A stretch of DNA of 64,000 bases from Azolla caroliniana (Eukaryota > Plantae > Polypodiophyta), in NCBI GenBank assembly GCA_043228905.1, contig JBHGNT010000005.1, forward strand, positions 18,910,001 through 18,974,000. The letters run 5' to 3'. Shown piece after piece: positions 11,851 to 23,300 of the stretch. The stretch's first letter is position 1, and the number at the start of each line of letters is the position of its first letter. Under the pieces are notes generated by a model. That model did not search any database, was not told where the DNA came from, and saw nothing but the letters and a program-made list of their open reading frames with translations. A program made the translations under genes and the position numbers.

Positions 11851-12286
11851 TGTTACCGGCCGGCAAAGGAGTCTAGAGTGGGAAACGGAGAGCTAATTAA
11901 GTAGTAGGAATGTGGTTGTAATTAAGCTATGAGTGTGGACGGACGAACCGGAAACGGTATGTCATTCCGGATCTGGACCGATCCCGAACAGGTGCGGATG
12001 ACACCGTTTTGTAATACAGACCGGAAACCTATTTAAAGGCCCGGATACAATGTAATAGTTAGCGGTTAATTAATGAAATCTTAAGCGTTGTTATCTCTCT
12101 GTGTTAATTGCCGTTCTGTCTTAATTGTTATATCTTACGCGTGTGTTATGAAAGACGATCATAATAAGTAACTTAACCAAGTAGGATTAAGCGTTGAAGT
12201 CTAATCCGGTGGTCGTAACACCCTTTGGTGAAGTGTCTCCGGTAGACACCCTGTGTTAGGCCATTGTCCGGCCCGAAGAGTTAACA
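11851..12286 (+). repeat. 3' LTR of B
   Basis: Repeat of 2810-3245, followed by TSD ATCAA. Confidence 0.96.
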
Positions 12287-12371
12287 ATCAACACGAAATA
12301 TAAAACGGTGGATAAGAAGATCAAGTGAGTTGCGGTTCCGCTACCGGAAGATCGCTGGCAAAAGATGAAGG

Positions 12372-12975
12372 TGACGGGAACTCAACACTCCTTATGTCCA
12401 ACGCTCGGCCACAACCGAGATTATTTTCATACACAGAAAACGGGAAACAAATGCACGACACAAAGGAGAGAAAGAAAAAAGGTAGATAGGATGTTTACGT
12501 GGAAAACCCAAACTGAGGGAAAAACCACAGCAGCCCACAGGCTGCAAACTATCACTATATTGGAATGTACAAACAGTGAGTTCACGGAGGCAACGACCTC
12601 GTGCTCACGATCTTCGCCACAGGCGGCGGTTACAACAGAGGCAACGACCTCGTTCTCTCTCTCTCTCAACCTGTACACAGTTACACGCTCTCTCTTCTTG
12701 CACCAACAAGAAAATGACAACAACTACAACAACATCCTAAAAGTTTGCCCTAAGTCATATTTATACTAATATGACTTTTCGGCTATTCACAAATATAGCC
12801 TCGATGGACTCTCAGAAACATATTTACGAATATGTCTCTTCATCTGGTTCATACCGGGTCTGCACCATCCGGCTCTCTGTAGCCGGGTACTCCTCATCCG
12901 ATTTTGGCCTCGGCCGAGATTGTTCGTCGGCACTGTTCTTCTCCCTTCCCATCTGGAGGGACCTGTCTCCCAACA
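12372..12975 (-). mobile_element. Element C: solo LTR of a Copia family related to G
   Basis: TG...CA ends. TSD GAAGG at 12367-12371 and 12976-12980. Its minus strand shares blocks with the G LTR (TGTTGGGA start, AGTATAAATATGACTTAGGGCAAAC, GGGTTTTCCACGT, CTCGGTTGTGGCCGAG). Confidence 0.9.
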
Positions 12976-15900
12976 GAAGGAAGTCGCTAACGATCCAAGC
13001 TTAAGAGATCCGAAGAAGATAGGTCATGTCTTCACCAAAGAGACGAAGGGGAAGCTACGAGTTGGAAAGGAGGATTTCCTTCTCCCTGAAGAGGAGCGAA
13101 TGTTTCGCGATATGCTTGAGAGACATGGGAAGGCTTTCGCATTCTTCCCACGAGAAATCGGATGCGCCGACCCAAAGGTTATAGAGCTGATGGTGATCTT
13201 CACGGTGCCTCATGTGCCTTGGAATTTGAAACCGAAACCGGTTCCGAGAGCACACCTTCCGAAGTTGATCGAGCTCTTAAAGGAGAAGGTGAGTATGGGA
13301 ATTCTAGAACCGTCGAATGCTCCTTATTCCAATAGGTGGTTCACGGTGCCGAAGAAGAATGGATCATTGCGATTCATCCAAGATCTTCAACCCGTCAACA
13401 AGGTGACAATTCAAAATGCCGGAATCGGTCTGAGCGTGGACGAATTTGCCGAAGCATTTGTGGGCCAGTCCATCTACTCCATTGGCGATCTCTACTCCGG
13501 ATATGACCAATTCCAATTGGCGATCGACAGTCAGGACATTACAACCATGAGGACTCCGATCGGGCTTGTGCGGATGTGTACCTTACCCCAAGGCGCAACA
13601 AACTCGGTGGCTCATATGGTGAATGCCATGAATAAAGTCTTGAAGGATTGCATTCCGGACATCACGATGCCATTCTTGGATGATATTCCGATAAAAGGAT
13701 GTTCGGATGAGGAGAAAGATGAATCGAAAGATAAGGAAGGTTGTAGAATGTTTGTTGCAGATCATATGAAAGATTGCGAGAAGGTGCTTCAAAGGCTCGA
13801 AGATGCGAATTTGACATTTTCGGGAGAAAAATCCGCATTCGGGCAACCGAAGATCTTGGTGGTAGGTCACTTGTGTGGAGCATACGGTTGGAAGCCCTCC
13901 CCATCCAAAGTGAATGCAATCCAAGACATGAAAGAAGAATGCGAAAACCAAACGGACGTTCGAAGGTTCCTTGGAGCGTGCGCGTTTTATCATATATGGA
14001 TTCCTCACTACGCTCATGTCGCCGAACTGTTATATGGACTACTAAAGAAAAGAATAAAGTTCGAATGGCTAGACGAGCACACAAAGGCGATGCGAAGATT
14101 TAAGAAACTGCTTCTTGAAGCTCCGGCACTAAGGAAGGCCGACTATGCCGAAGGGAAACCAATTTACGTGACCGTAGATACGAGCCCAACCGGAATCGGG
14201 TGGGTCATCAATCAAGAAGGTGAAGATAATGCGCGATATGCCGTCCGGTTCAGAGCAAAGGTTCTTAGCAAATGGCAACAAAGATATGCCCAAGTCAAGC
14301 GGGAACTTTGGGGTATTGTGTCGGCAGTGAAGATAGACAAAGATTACCTGATCGGGTCAGAAGTGATAATAGAGACAGATTGTCTCCCAATTCTCGGAAT
14401 GGTCTCGAGATGTGCGACCCCAGATCTTGCTATGCTAAGGTGGATCGCCTACATCAAGTCTTTAAACCCAGAGATCCGTCACATTGCAGGGAAGAAGAAC
14501 GCCATGGCTGACATGCTGTCGAGGGCAATATTTTCAAACGGAAGTAACATGGTTTCGGAAGATGAAGATGTCGCCCTCGACTTCTTCAAGATGGCTCGAT
14601 TGTCGGCGGAAGACCAGGACACGCAAACCCTCCACGCCTTCAACGAGAACGAGTATGAAGGAGAGTGGTTACTCATCGGTAGATTCCTAAGAACATTGAC
14701 GACAGATGCTTCGTTGACAAAGGAGGAGGCCCTACGAATCCGAAAGAAAGCTTACCGATAATTCTTGAAGGGAGGTTTCCTTTGGCGACATCCAAAAAGA
14801 AGGATAGGAATACTACGTCGAGTGGTGGTAAAGAAAGAAGAGCAAGAGACGCTGATGACCGAATTCCACGAGAGTGCTTGGGCAAGTCATAGAGGAACAT
14901 GGGCGACGTTCGAAAAGTTGAAGGAGAAGTATTGGTGGCCAAGCATGTACAAAGATGTACTCCATTTCGTGTCCACATGCGAAACTTGCCAAATATATTC
15001 AAATATACGTCATCGTGATGAGTTAAAGCCGACATACCCACTCACCATACACTTCAAATGGATGGTGGATCTGGTCTTGATGCCAATGGGAGTGGGACAA
15101 ATGAAGTACTTAGCGCTAGCAAGGGAAGACTTGACAAATCAAGTGGAAGGACGAGCCTTGACAAATAAGACGACTTCAGCCGTTTGCAAATTTCTACTTG
15201 AAGATGTTGTTTGCCGATATGGATGTGTAGGGAAGATAGTGGCCGACCGAGGGGAGTTGGACGCGCACGAAGCAAGGGAGCTCTTCAAAAGACTAGGCGT
15301 GAAGCTCTCCCTCACGACTGCCTACAATTCGGAAGCAAATGGGAAGATCGAGCGAGGGCATGGACCTATCGTTAAAGCCATCGTACGGGCATGCAACGGT
15401 CAAGTCGGGAATTGGCCACAACTATTACCCTATGCCTTGTGGGCCGATAGAACGACACATAGCTCGGTGACAGGGTATATGCCGACGGAGCTTATGTATG
15501 GACAAAAGCCGATTATGCCCATCGAAAGGACGATCACCTCATGGGTAGCGATACCGTGGGAGAACGAGATGAGCCGAGAAGAGTTATTAGCGGCGCAGAT
15601 AAGGCAACTTGAAAGAAGACCTGAAGATTTAGAAAAAGCACGAAAGATGATGAAGGCAGCCCGAGTAAAGAACAAAGTTCGGTTCGACAACACGCATCGA
15701 CTTCGTCCCAAGAAGATTGAAGAAGGGGATTGGGATTTGGTTTACGACAGCACCCTTGACAATCAACATAGTACAACAAGGAAGTTCGCAAGAAGATGGT
15801 TCGGGCCGTATGTGGTGACAAGTGCCAACGATAATGCCACATACCACCTTGCGGAACTAGACGGATCAAGGTTGGCCGTACCCATTGCGGGAAAAAGAGT

Positions 15901-16063
15901 AAAGATTTTCAAGAAAAGACAAGACAAGGATCCTGACCTCGATTACCTCGACGATGAACATAATAGGGCGGATGTAAATGAAGACATGGAGGAATCTAAT
16001 TGATCATCGTTGCCGAAATCTCACTTTCTCTCTTCTTGGCACGTACCGGAGGACGTGCGGTTT

Positions 16064-16075
16064 GGTGGGGGTGGA
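16064..16075 (+). promoter_or_regulatory. Polypurine tract of A
   Basis: GGTGGGGGTGGA immediately before the LTR start TGTCGTGAAGAT. Confidence 0.8.
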
Positions 16076-17147
16076 TGTCGTGAAGATTTTCGGCAATAGT
16101 GTGAAAATCCCATAAAACGTACGAAATCGAGTATGAATCACATAATATAATAATTGTGAAGATAACATTTTAAATAAATTTAATATCAAAGTACAAAATG
16201 ATGGAGGTTTCGAATGCACTTTATTACACGAGAAACGGACAACTAAATGTCAAGATATAAGGGTATAAAGTTTGTGAAAGGAAAAGAGAAAATTGTGAGA
16301 TATCCCACATAGGCACGACAAATACGGCTCTCATCATATATAAGGTAGAGCAAAAGATATTATCTTTATGTCTATGTGTGGAGCATAGAAAGTTCAAGGT
16401 AACTTGAACTAAGAGTGGAGGTGGGCTAGCTACTCGTAAACGGTTTTGGCCAACCAAAACCGGACCGGCGATGGAGCCGGTGATCCGGCGGCATCCGACG
16501 ACAAACCGGTATCCGGCGGCAACATCCGGCGCCGGTGAGACGACGACATCCGACGGCAACCGGCGGCATCCGACGAACCGGCGACTAGATAAATAAATAT
16601 GTAAATATATATACATATATACATATACAAGGAGGGCAAGTAAGGATTCGAACCTTACACCTCCAAGTTAGGAGTCAATTGTCTTACCATTAAGCCATGC
16701 CATTTAGTTGAATTTATATTTCTCTCATTATACTTTACATGTAAATTCTCATACATGAGAGCTAAAATGAGTGACATGGTTATCATGCACCACATGTAAT
16801 ACATAAGCGCCAAATGGCAAACATGCAATTTATGCATGTCTTGTACCCTCACATGCATCATATGCATGAGAGCATCTATAAAAGAAGGAAGGGGGAGGAG
16901 AAAAAAAACACGTTTTTTTTATTATGAAATTAAGAAGAGGAAATTCGTTATCAAATTGATCGTGTAACTTGTTTCTTAAATCTAAAGTTAAAAGTTCAAT
17001 CAATCTCTTTGAATCGTGTAATCTCAACTTCTCTCTTTCCCAATCTATCTTAAGTACTTTCTCGCTAAAGCTTGCGCCAAAGCTTGTACCGACTTTGAAT
17101 CCTTCCGATCCAGAACGATCCATGCGTAGTGACGGATCTTCACGACA
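16076..17147 (+). repeat. 3' LTR of A (1072 bp)
   Basis: 12-bp terminal inverted repeat TGTCGTGAAGAT/ATCTTCACGACA. Its 3' part matches 1-190. Internal CCGGCGGCATCCGACG-type repeats at ~16460-16590. Confidence 0.93.
16631..16704 (-). ncRNA. tRNA-like module / type-2 Pol III promoter inside the A LTR (not a functional tRNA gene)
   Basis: Minus strand: A box TGGCTTAATGG (16697-16687), 32 nt, B box GGTTCGAATCC (16654-16644) within hairpin GTAAGG-TTCGAAT-CCTTAC. Acceptor and anticodon stems are poorly paired. Confidence 0.65.
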
Positions 17148-19620
17148 CCACTCCCTTGCCGCTCGCAACTTTTCCTTCGCCCGTTTCACGTCCTCCGGCC
17201 TCTGCTCGAGTTGCCGAATCTGCGCCGCCAGCAACTCCTCCCAGCTCATTTTGTCCTTCCAATCTACCGCCGCCCATGAAGAAACCGTCTATTCCACCGG
17301 CATGATCGGCTTCTATCCGTTCGCCTCCGGATTGTACGCTGTAGTGAGGGAGAGTTTGACGCCTAGCCGATCGAACAACTCCTCAGCTTCCCGCGTATCC
17401 AGCTCTCCCTGGTCCGCCACGATCCTCCCGACGCACCCGTACTGACACAATACCTCTTCGATCAGGAACCGGCATACCGCCGCGGTTGTCTTGTTCTGCA
17501 GTGCACGACCTTCCACCTGGTTCGTTAAGTCTTCCCGTGCAAGCACCAGGTATCGCATCTGTCCTACTCCCATCGGCATCGTCACCAAGTCCACCTACCA
17601 CTTGAAATGGACCGTAGGCGGGTAGGTCAGGTGTAGCTCGTCCCGGTGTCGGACTGTGGAGTGCATTTGACAGCTTTCGCAAGCTGTTACGAACCGATGC
17701 ACGTCCTGGTACAACCCCGGCCACCAGTACTTCTCCTTCAGCTTCTCGAACGTGGCCCACGTTCCGTGGTGCCCAGCCCAGGGACTCTCGTGAAATGCCG
17801 CGAATAGTTCCTCCTATTCTTCTTTCTTTGTCACTACTCGGAGCGGGATGTCGTTTCTCTTCTTTGGGTGCCTCCATATGCACTTGTCCCGCAGGAAGAA
17901 TCGGTACGCCTTCTTCCGTACCCGGCTCGCCTCTTCTCTCGTCCATGTTGCGTCCGGCGTCATCGTCCGTAGGAACCTCCTGATTTGGAGCCACTCCCCG
18001 TCGTACCTGCTTTCATCAAATTCGTTAAGCGCCGGAGTGTCCCTTTCCCTCGTCACTACGTTAGCCGACCCGAAGAAGTCCTCGCCGACTTCTTCGTCAT
18101 CCGAAACCATGTCGTCTTCGTCGTTGAACCTTGCTCACAAAAGCATGTCGGCCATGGCGTTATCCTTTCCGGAGATGTGCCGTATCTCCGGGTTCAAGGA
18201 CTTAATGTACGTTATCCACCAGAGCATTGCTAGGTCCGGTGTCGCGTATCCGGAAACCATGCCGAGTATCGGCAGGCAGTCCGTCTCGATGATCACCTCC
18301 GTCCCGATCAGATAGACCTTGTCGGCCTTGACTGCCGAAACGATACCCCAAAGCTCGCACTTAACTTGGGCGTATCCTCTCTGCCGTTCGCTCAATACCT
18401 TCGCCCCGAACCGGATCGGGAATCGTACGTCGTCCTTGTCCTCCTGACTGATTACCCACCCGATCCCGGTCGGGCTAGTGTCCACCGTCACGCAAATGGG
18501 GACATCTTTGCCATAAACCGCTTTACGAAAAGTCGGCCTACCGTAAGGGCCTCCTTTAGTCTCCGTACCGACTCCGTGTGCTCCGCCCTCCACTCAAAGC
18601 TACGCCCCTTTTTCAATAGTCCGTAGAGAGGCTCCGCAACATGCGCGTAGTGCGGAATACAGATGTGGTAGAACGCACATGCTCCCAAGAATCTGCGGAC
18701 CTCCGTGACGGACCCGCAATCGTCCCTCATCGCCGAGATGGCCTCCACCTTTGCCGGAGACGGTTTCCTACCGTAGGGCCCGCACAGGTGTCCGACCACC
18801 AAGATCTTTGACTGCCCGAACACCGATTTTTCTCCGGAGAAGGTGAGTCGTGCGTTTTCGAGCTTCTGCAGCACCTTCTCGCAGTCGTTGATGTGGTTCA
18901 CGACGAGCCTCCGGCATCCGTTTGGCCCGACAGTCTAATTCGCGTCTTCCACCGGACACCCCTTTATCGGGATGTCGTCCAAGAATGGCATGGTGATGTC
19001 CGGGATGCAGTCCCTTAGCACCTTGTTCATTGCGTTCACCATATGCGCCACCGAATTCGTCTCGCCTTGTGGTAGGGTAGACATCCGTACTAGGCCAAGA
19101 GGGGTTCGCATTGTCGTGATATCCCTGCTCTCGACTGCTAGCTGGAACTGGTCGTACCCCGAGTATAAGTCACCGACCGAATAGATCAACCTTCAAGCGA
19201 AGGCCTCCGCAAACTCGTCTATGGTCGGTCCGATTCCTGCGTTACGGATGGTCACCTTGTTGACCGGTTGCAGGTCCTGAATGAAGCGCAGTGTGCCATT
19301 CTTCTTTGGCACCATAAACCACCGGTTCGAATATGGGGCACTCGACGGTTCGAGGATGCCCATCTCCACCTTTTGCTTCAGAAGCTCCATCAACTTCGGG
19401 ATGTGAGCCCTCAGCACCGGAATCGGTTTGAGATTCCACGGTACATGCGGTACCGTGAAGATCACCATCGGTTCGACGATCGTCGGGTCCACGCACCCGA
19501 TCTCCTCCGACGAGAACGCGAAGGCTTTCCCATGCCTTCTGAGCATTCTCCGAAACCTGTCCTCCTCCACCGGCAGCAGGAAGCCACCCCCACCGACCTT
19601 AAGCTCCTGTAGTGTTATGT
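17148..19620 (-). pseudogene. pol: RT-RNase H-integrase of D (fragmented)
   Basis: ORFs 19193-19570, 18935-19189, 18488-18901, 18135-18593, 17814-18110 and 17313-17594 align sequentially to A pol. The integrase segment KIERG...ELMYG is deleted near 17313. Confidence 0.9.
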
Positions 19621-19634
19621 GGGTTCACCAAATG

Positions 19635-20426
19635 TGTCGGGGTAGTTGTGGTTCGTGCGGCGAAGTCGCAGGGACTAAGGTTAAGGGGGAGTTGAAGGAA
19701 CTTTTATAAGGCTTGCGCACAAATGTTAGGAAGATTAAGGATAAAAAGAATAAGAGTTTAAAGTAATGTGTGTGAGAGAGAGACAAGTATAGAAAAAGGA
19801 TAGAGACAATGTATGATTCAAGAAGCAAGATAGAGACAAAGTATGATTTAAGGAATTAAAGTATATGATATGAACATGATGTATATTACGAATACAAGAT
19901 TTTACCAACTTTACAATGCTTGATAGCAAGATGAACCCATTCTCTACCGACCCTTGATTTGAACCCTTGACTAGAACTTGGAAACACGAGCCTCTTCACC
20001 AACAAGCTTACTTATTATTTGTTTCTTTGATTATGTTCTAACTTTCTCTTTTCTTGATTGATTCCCTGTTTTCCCTTGATTCATCCCTTAATTCCTTACC
20101 TCTCTTTATAGGTTCTCTCATGCATATGATGATATGGGGGTGCGTGGCATGCATGTAAGGCATGTGATGCATGTGATGCATGATCGCCATTTGGCGCACA
20201 TGCTTTACATGTGATGCATGATAGCCATCATGCTCATCTAGGCTCTAATGTATGAAGATACACATGTCATAAGTATGATGATAAAAGCATAACTATAGAA
20301 AATAACTTATCTTAATGGTATATGCTTCGTCCTTGGTGTGTGAGGTTACGGGTTCAAGTCTCTCAAATGTTACTTAATACAATATTCAAGTTTATTTTTA
20401 TATCGTGAAGTAAATCCTTCACGACA
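19635..20426 (-). repeat. 3' LTR of E
   Basis: Direct repeat of 22509-23300 with TGTCG/CGACA termini. Confidence 0.94.
20301..20372 (+). ncRNA. tRNA-like Pol III promoter module in the E LTR (second copy ~23175-23246)
   Basis: A-box-like TATCTTAATGG (20308-20318), 32 nt, B-box-like GGTTCAAGTCT (20351-20361). T5 run at 20395-20399. Confidence 0.5.
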
Positions 20427-20464
20427 CCCACCCCCTCTGAACTTGCACACTGGTTGTGCAAAGT

Positions 20465-22469
20465 TCATCCAAAGTCTTGGAAAAACTCTTCATTCCGTTT
20501 CTGAACTGGATGTCCCCTCAAGCATTCTTTGTTTCTTTCATGGTTAGGCGTCATGGTTACGATATGGCCCCTCTTCCTTCCATCCTGACTCTTGATCCTC
20601 ACGAAAGTCGAATCATCATTAATCAGAGTTGTTTCCATCCTTACTACGTTGATGTATGGTTCACCATCCATTGTTTCCATACTCACTACGCTAATGTATG
20701 GTTGTCCAAGGATGACGGGGTAGGTTGATCTATCTTGCACATAGTAATTTTGATCCACCAACACATCTCCCATTGTTGCTTTAACATTAGGACATGCTCC
20801 GAATAGATCCTCCATTGTCTTTGTCACAACTCTTATCTTCAACCCATGGTGCTTATTGATTGGCCACTTTCCTTCAGCATGACATTTCAACGACATCCAT
20901 GTTGATTTTCGATCCAATTTTTGTAGGCACCTCCGTTGTTGCTTGAGCACAATGGTTCCTTGTATAATGACTCTTGTCCCCTTCATGAATCCCAACATCA
21001 TTTATCTTCTTTACACTTGCAATGTTGATGATGCCATGATCCAAATCTTGGAGTGTTGCTGGACACCCTCTCGTAACTTCCTCTGTCACATGTTTTATAT
21101 CCGTCATGGCTTCTGTGTCCGAAGCAAGCTTAAAAGTTGGGTTTGTCTTCCCTTTGACTTTATCAACTTCTTTCGACTCAGGAGCATCCTTTTCCATCTC
21201 CCTTCTCTCTTGTTCTTGTGTCTCATGTTTCATTGCCGGATCAACCTCCTCAGCTCTCTTTCGCTTCTTTTCCACTAGTACATCTTGTGCATTCACTTGG
21301 GTGAATGCTGATAGTGCGTCTACTGGATCATTCCATCCAGTGAAGTTTCGTATTTCATCTCCCGCTCTTTTTAATTCATCCACTCGAACCTTCCCTTTTC
21401 TTGCATAATCCATCACATCTTGCCAAAAGCCAGATCCACCATATGAGTCTTCTACGCGCAACCCTAAGGTTGCCACGGATTGTATCGCTTGAGTCGTTTC
21501 TCTCTCGGCATCTTCCATTAGCTTTTTCATTCCTCCTCGCCCGAAGTTGAGTTGAAGTGGTTGTCGAGTCTCTGTCGAGTGAATCTTGCCCTCTTGATGG
21601 TAGATTTTATTATGATTAAGAGAATCCCTATGTTCTTGACAGTCTTTCTTTTGGTGGTCAACACTATCACACCACATACACCTTCAGACCATTCCACCTC
21701 CCTCCCTTGATGAAGTCGAGCTTTGTCCCGATTCTAGCTTCGTCGCTTTGATCGACAGGTCTTTCATGCCTTTCACCAATTCGTGTAAGAGTGATTCTTC
21801 TACTTTCTTTTCTCCCGACTCGTTCCCTATTTCTTCATCATTTCTGTCGGGCAACTCCATAAACCATAACTTTCTTTTGCAGAAATGGGCGCATGCCCTT
21901 TTCACCTCCTCCCAGTCTTCGGTAAGTCCACTTGGACTATTCTGATCTTCTAAAAGCATTCCCAAGTTCTTCCTGTCTTTAATATTAGTAGCTTGTAGAA
22001 ACAATATTACTTTATCTGGCACTATTATATTTCTATCTCTAACATTTAGTTGCTCAAATCTTTCAGAAAACTCTTTTAATACTTCCAAAACACTTAAATG
22101 TTTATTAGACTCTACCCAATCCATGAAAGCTCGCCTTGTCATCCTTGACATATCGTTGAGGTTGTATTCATTTAGCAATGCTCTTTCGAAAGTCACCCAT
22201 GTCTGATGTTCCCTTTGTAGCTCCTAGATCCTTTCTTGTAGCCCAATCGCAGCGACTCGACTAAAGCTATTAATTTTTGCAGCTTCGTCGAAACCACGTT
22301 TAAGCATTTCTTCATTATAAATCTTCAGAAATCTTGTTAAATTTATACCTTCAAAGATTCCTACTCGTGCGAGAATATTGTCGACGGCTTTGTCAATGCT
22401 TGCCATCATCCCTTGTTCCCGCATCACTCGTTCCATCATCGTACACATAAGCCTCATTTGCTGCTCCAT
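20465..22469 (-). pseudogene. gag: gag-(protease) of E
   Basis: ORFs 22224-22469, 21684-22196, 20874-21677 and 20465-21001 align with A gag (WCDSVDHQKKDC, NFGRGGMKK, PVILGQPY). The DHG catalytic segment is missing. Confidence 0.85.
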
Positions 22470-22508
22470 TTCTCCTCGTCGCCGCCTTCACGTCGGGTTC
22501 ACCAAATG

Positions 22509-23300
22509 TGTCGGGGTAGTTGTGGTTCGTGCGGCGAAGTCGCAGGGACTAAGGTTAAGGGGGAGTTGAAGGAACTTTTATAAGGCTTGCGCACAAATGT
22601 TAGGAAGATTAAGGATAAAAAGAATAAGAGTTTAAAGTAATGTGTGTGAGAGAGAGACAAGTATAGAAAAAGGATAGAGACAATGTATGATTCAAGAAGC
22701 AAGATAGAGACAAAGTATGATTTAAGGAATTAAAGTATATGATATGAACATGATGTATATTACGAATACAAGATTTTACCAACTTTACAATGCTTGATAG
22801 CAAGATGAACCCATTCTCTACCGACCCTTGATTTGAACCCTTGACTCGAACTTGGAAACACGAGCCTCTTCACCAACAAGCTTACTTATTATTTGTTTCT
22901 TTGATTATGTTCTAACTTTCTCTTTTCTTGATTGATTCCCTGTTTTCCCTTGATTCATCCCTTAATTCCTTACCTCTCTTTATAGGTTCTCTCATGCATA
23001 TGATGATATGGGGGTGCGTGGCATGCATGTAAGGCATGTGATGCATGTGATGCATGATCGCCATTTGGCGCACATGCTTTACATGTGATGCATGATAGCC
23101 ATCATGCTCATCTAGGCTCTAATGTATGAAGATACACATGTCATAAGTATGGTGATAAAAGCATAACTATAGAAAATAACTTATCCTAATGGTATATGCT
23201 TCGTCCTTGGTGTGTGAGGTTACGGGTTCAAGTCTCTCAAATGTTACTTAATACAATATTCAAGTTTATTTTTATATCGTGAAGCAAATCCTTCACGACA
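22509..23300 (-). repeat. 5' LTR of E
   Basis: Followed on the minus strand by CATT and the Trp PBS. Confidence 0.94.

Larger units (their letters stand above)
2810..12286 (+). mobile_element. Element B: full-length non-chromovirus Ty3/Gypsy LTR retrotransposon (Athila/Tat-related) with an extra 3' ORF
   Basis: 436-bp LTRs 2810-3245 and 11851-12286 (TGTT...AACA), about 18 differences by eye. TSD ATCAA at 2805-2809 and 12287-12291. gag-PR-RT-RH-INT plus a long 3' ORF; no chromodomain seen. Confidence 0.96.
2418..16003 (+). pseudogene. pol: pol (RT-RNase H-integrase) of A in three pieces: 2418-2809, 12292-12371, 12981-16003
   Basis: RT motifs DLYSGYDQF, LPQG, PFLDD. RNase H TVDTSPTGIG. Integrase H-H-C-C zinc region and catalytic core (MVDLV, ADRGE, KIERG). 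Premature stops at ~12326 and 14759. Removing B, C and their TSDs restores colinearity with D pol. Confidence 0.9.
1..17147 (+). mobile_element. Element A: Ty3/Gypsy LTR retrotransposon (tRNA-Trp primed), 5' end outside the window, carrying nested insertions B and C; itself inserted in the integrase of element D
   Basis: 1-190 matches ~16977-17147. PBS at 199-216, gag-PR, RT-RH-INT order, PPT at 16064-16075, 3' LTR 16076-17147. D integrase coding sequence resumes at 17148 on the minus strand. Confidence 0.93.
19635..23300 (-). mobile_element. Element E: 3.67-kb non-autonomous gag-only (TR-GAG-like) LTR retrotransposon of the A/D clade
   Basis: 792-bp LTRs 19635-20426 and 22509-23300, about 4 differences by eye. 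Trp PBS 22487-22504. PPT GGGGGTGGG (minus) at ~20427-20435. Internal region holds only gag and a damaged protease. Confidence 0.92.

Noticed and set aside
3160-11866. Numerous antisense and alternative-frame ORFs over B (and likewise over D, F and G)
   Set aside because: They are shadows of GC-rich retroelement coding sequence with no independent motifs.
2810-12286. Interpreting B as a minus-strand element because of the PBS-like motif at its right end
   Set aside because: All gag-pol domains and a separate PBS are on the plus strand, and there is no PPT at the left end either.
12920-12980. N-terminus of the 613-aa ORF (MFVGTVLL...)
   Set aside because: It is chance read-in from solo LTR C. 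True pol resumes after the TSD at 12981.
16631-16704. Functional tRNA-Arg(CCT) gene
   Set aside because: The anticodon and acceptor stems do not pair properly. Kept only as a tRNA-like promoter module.
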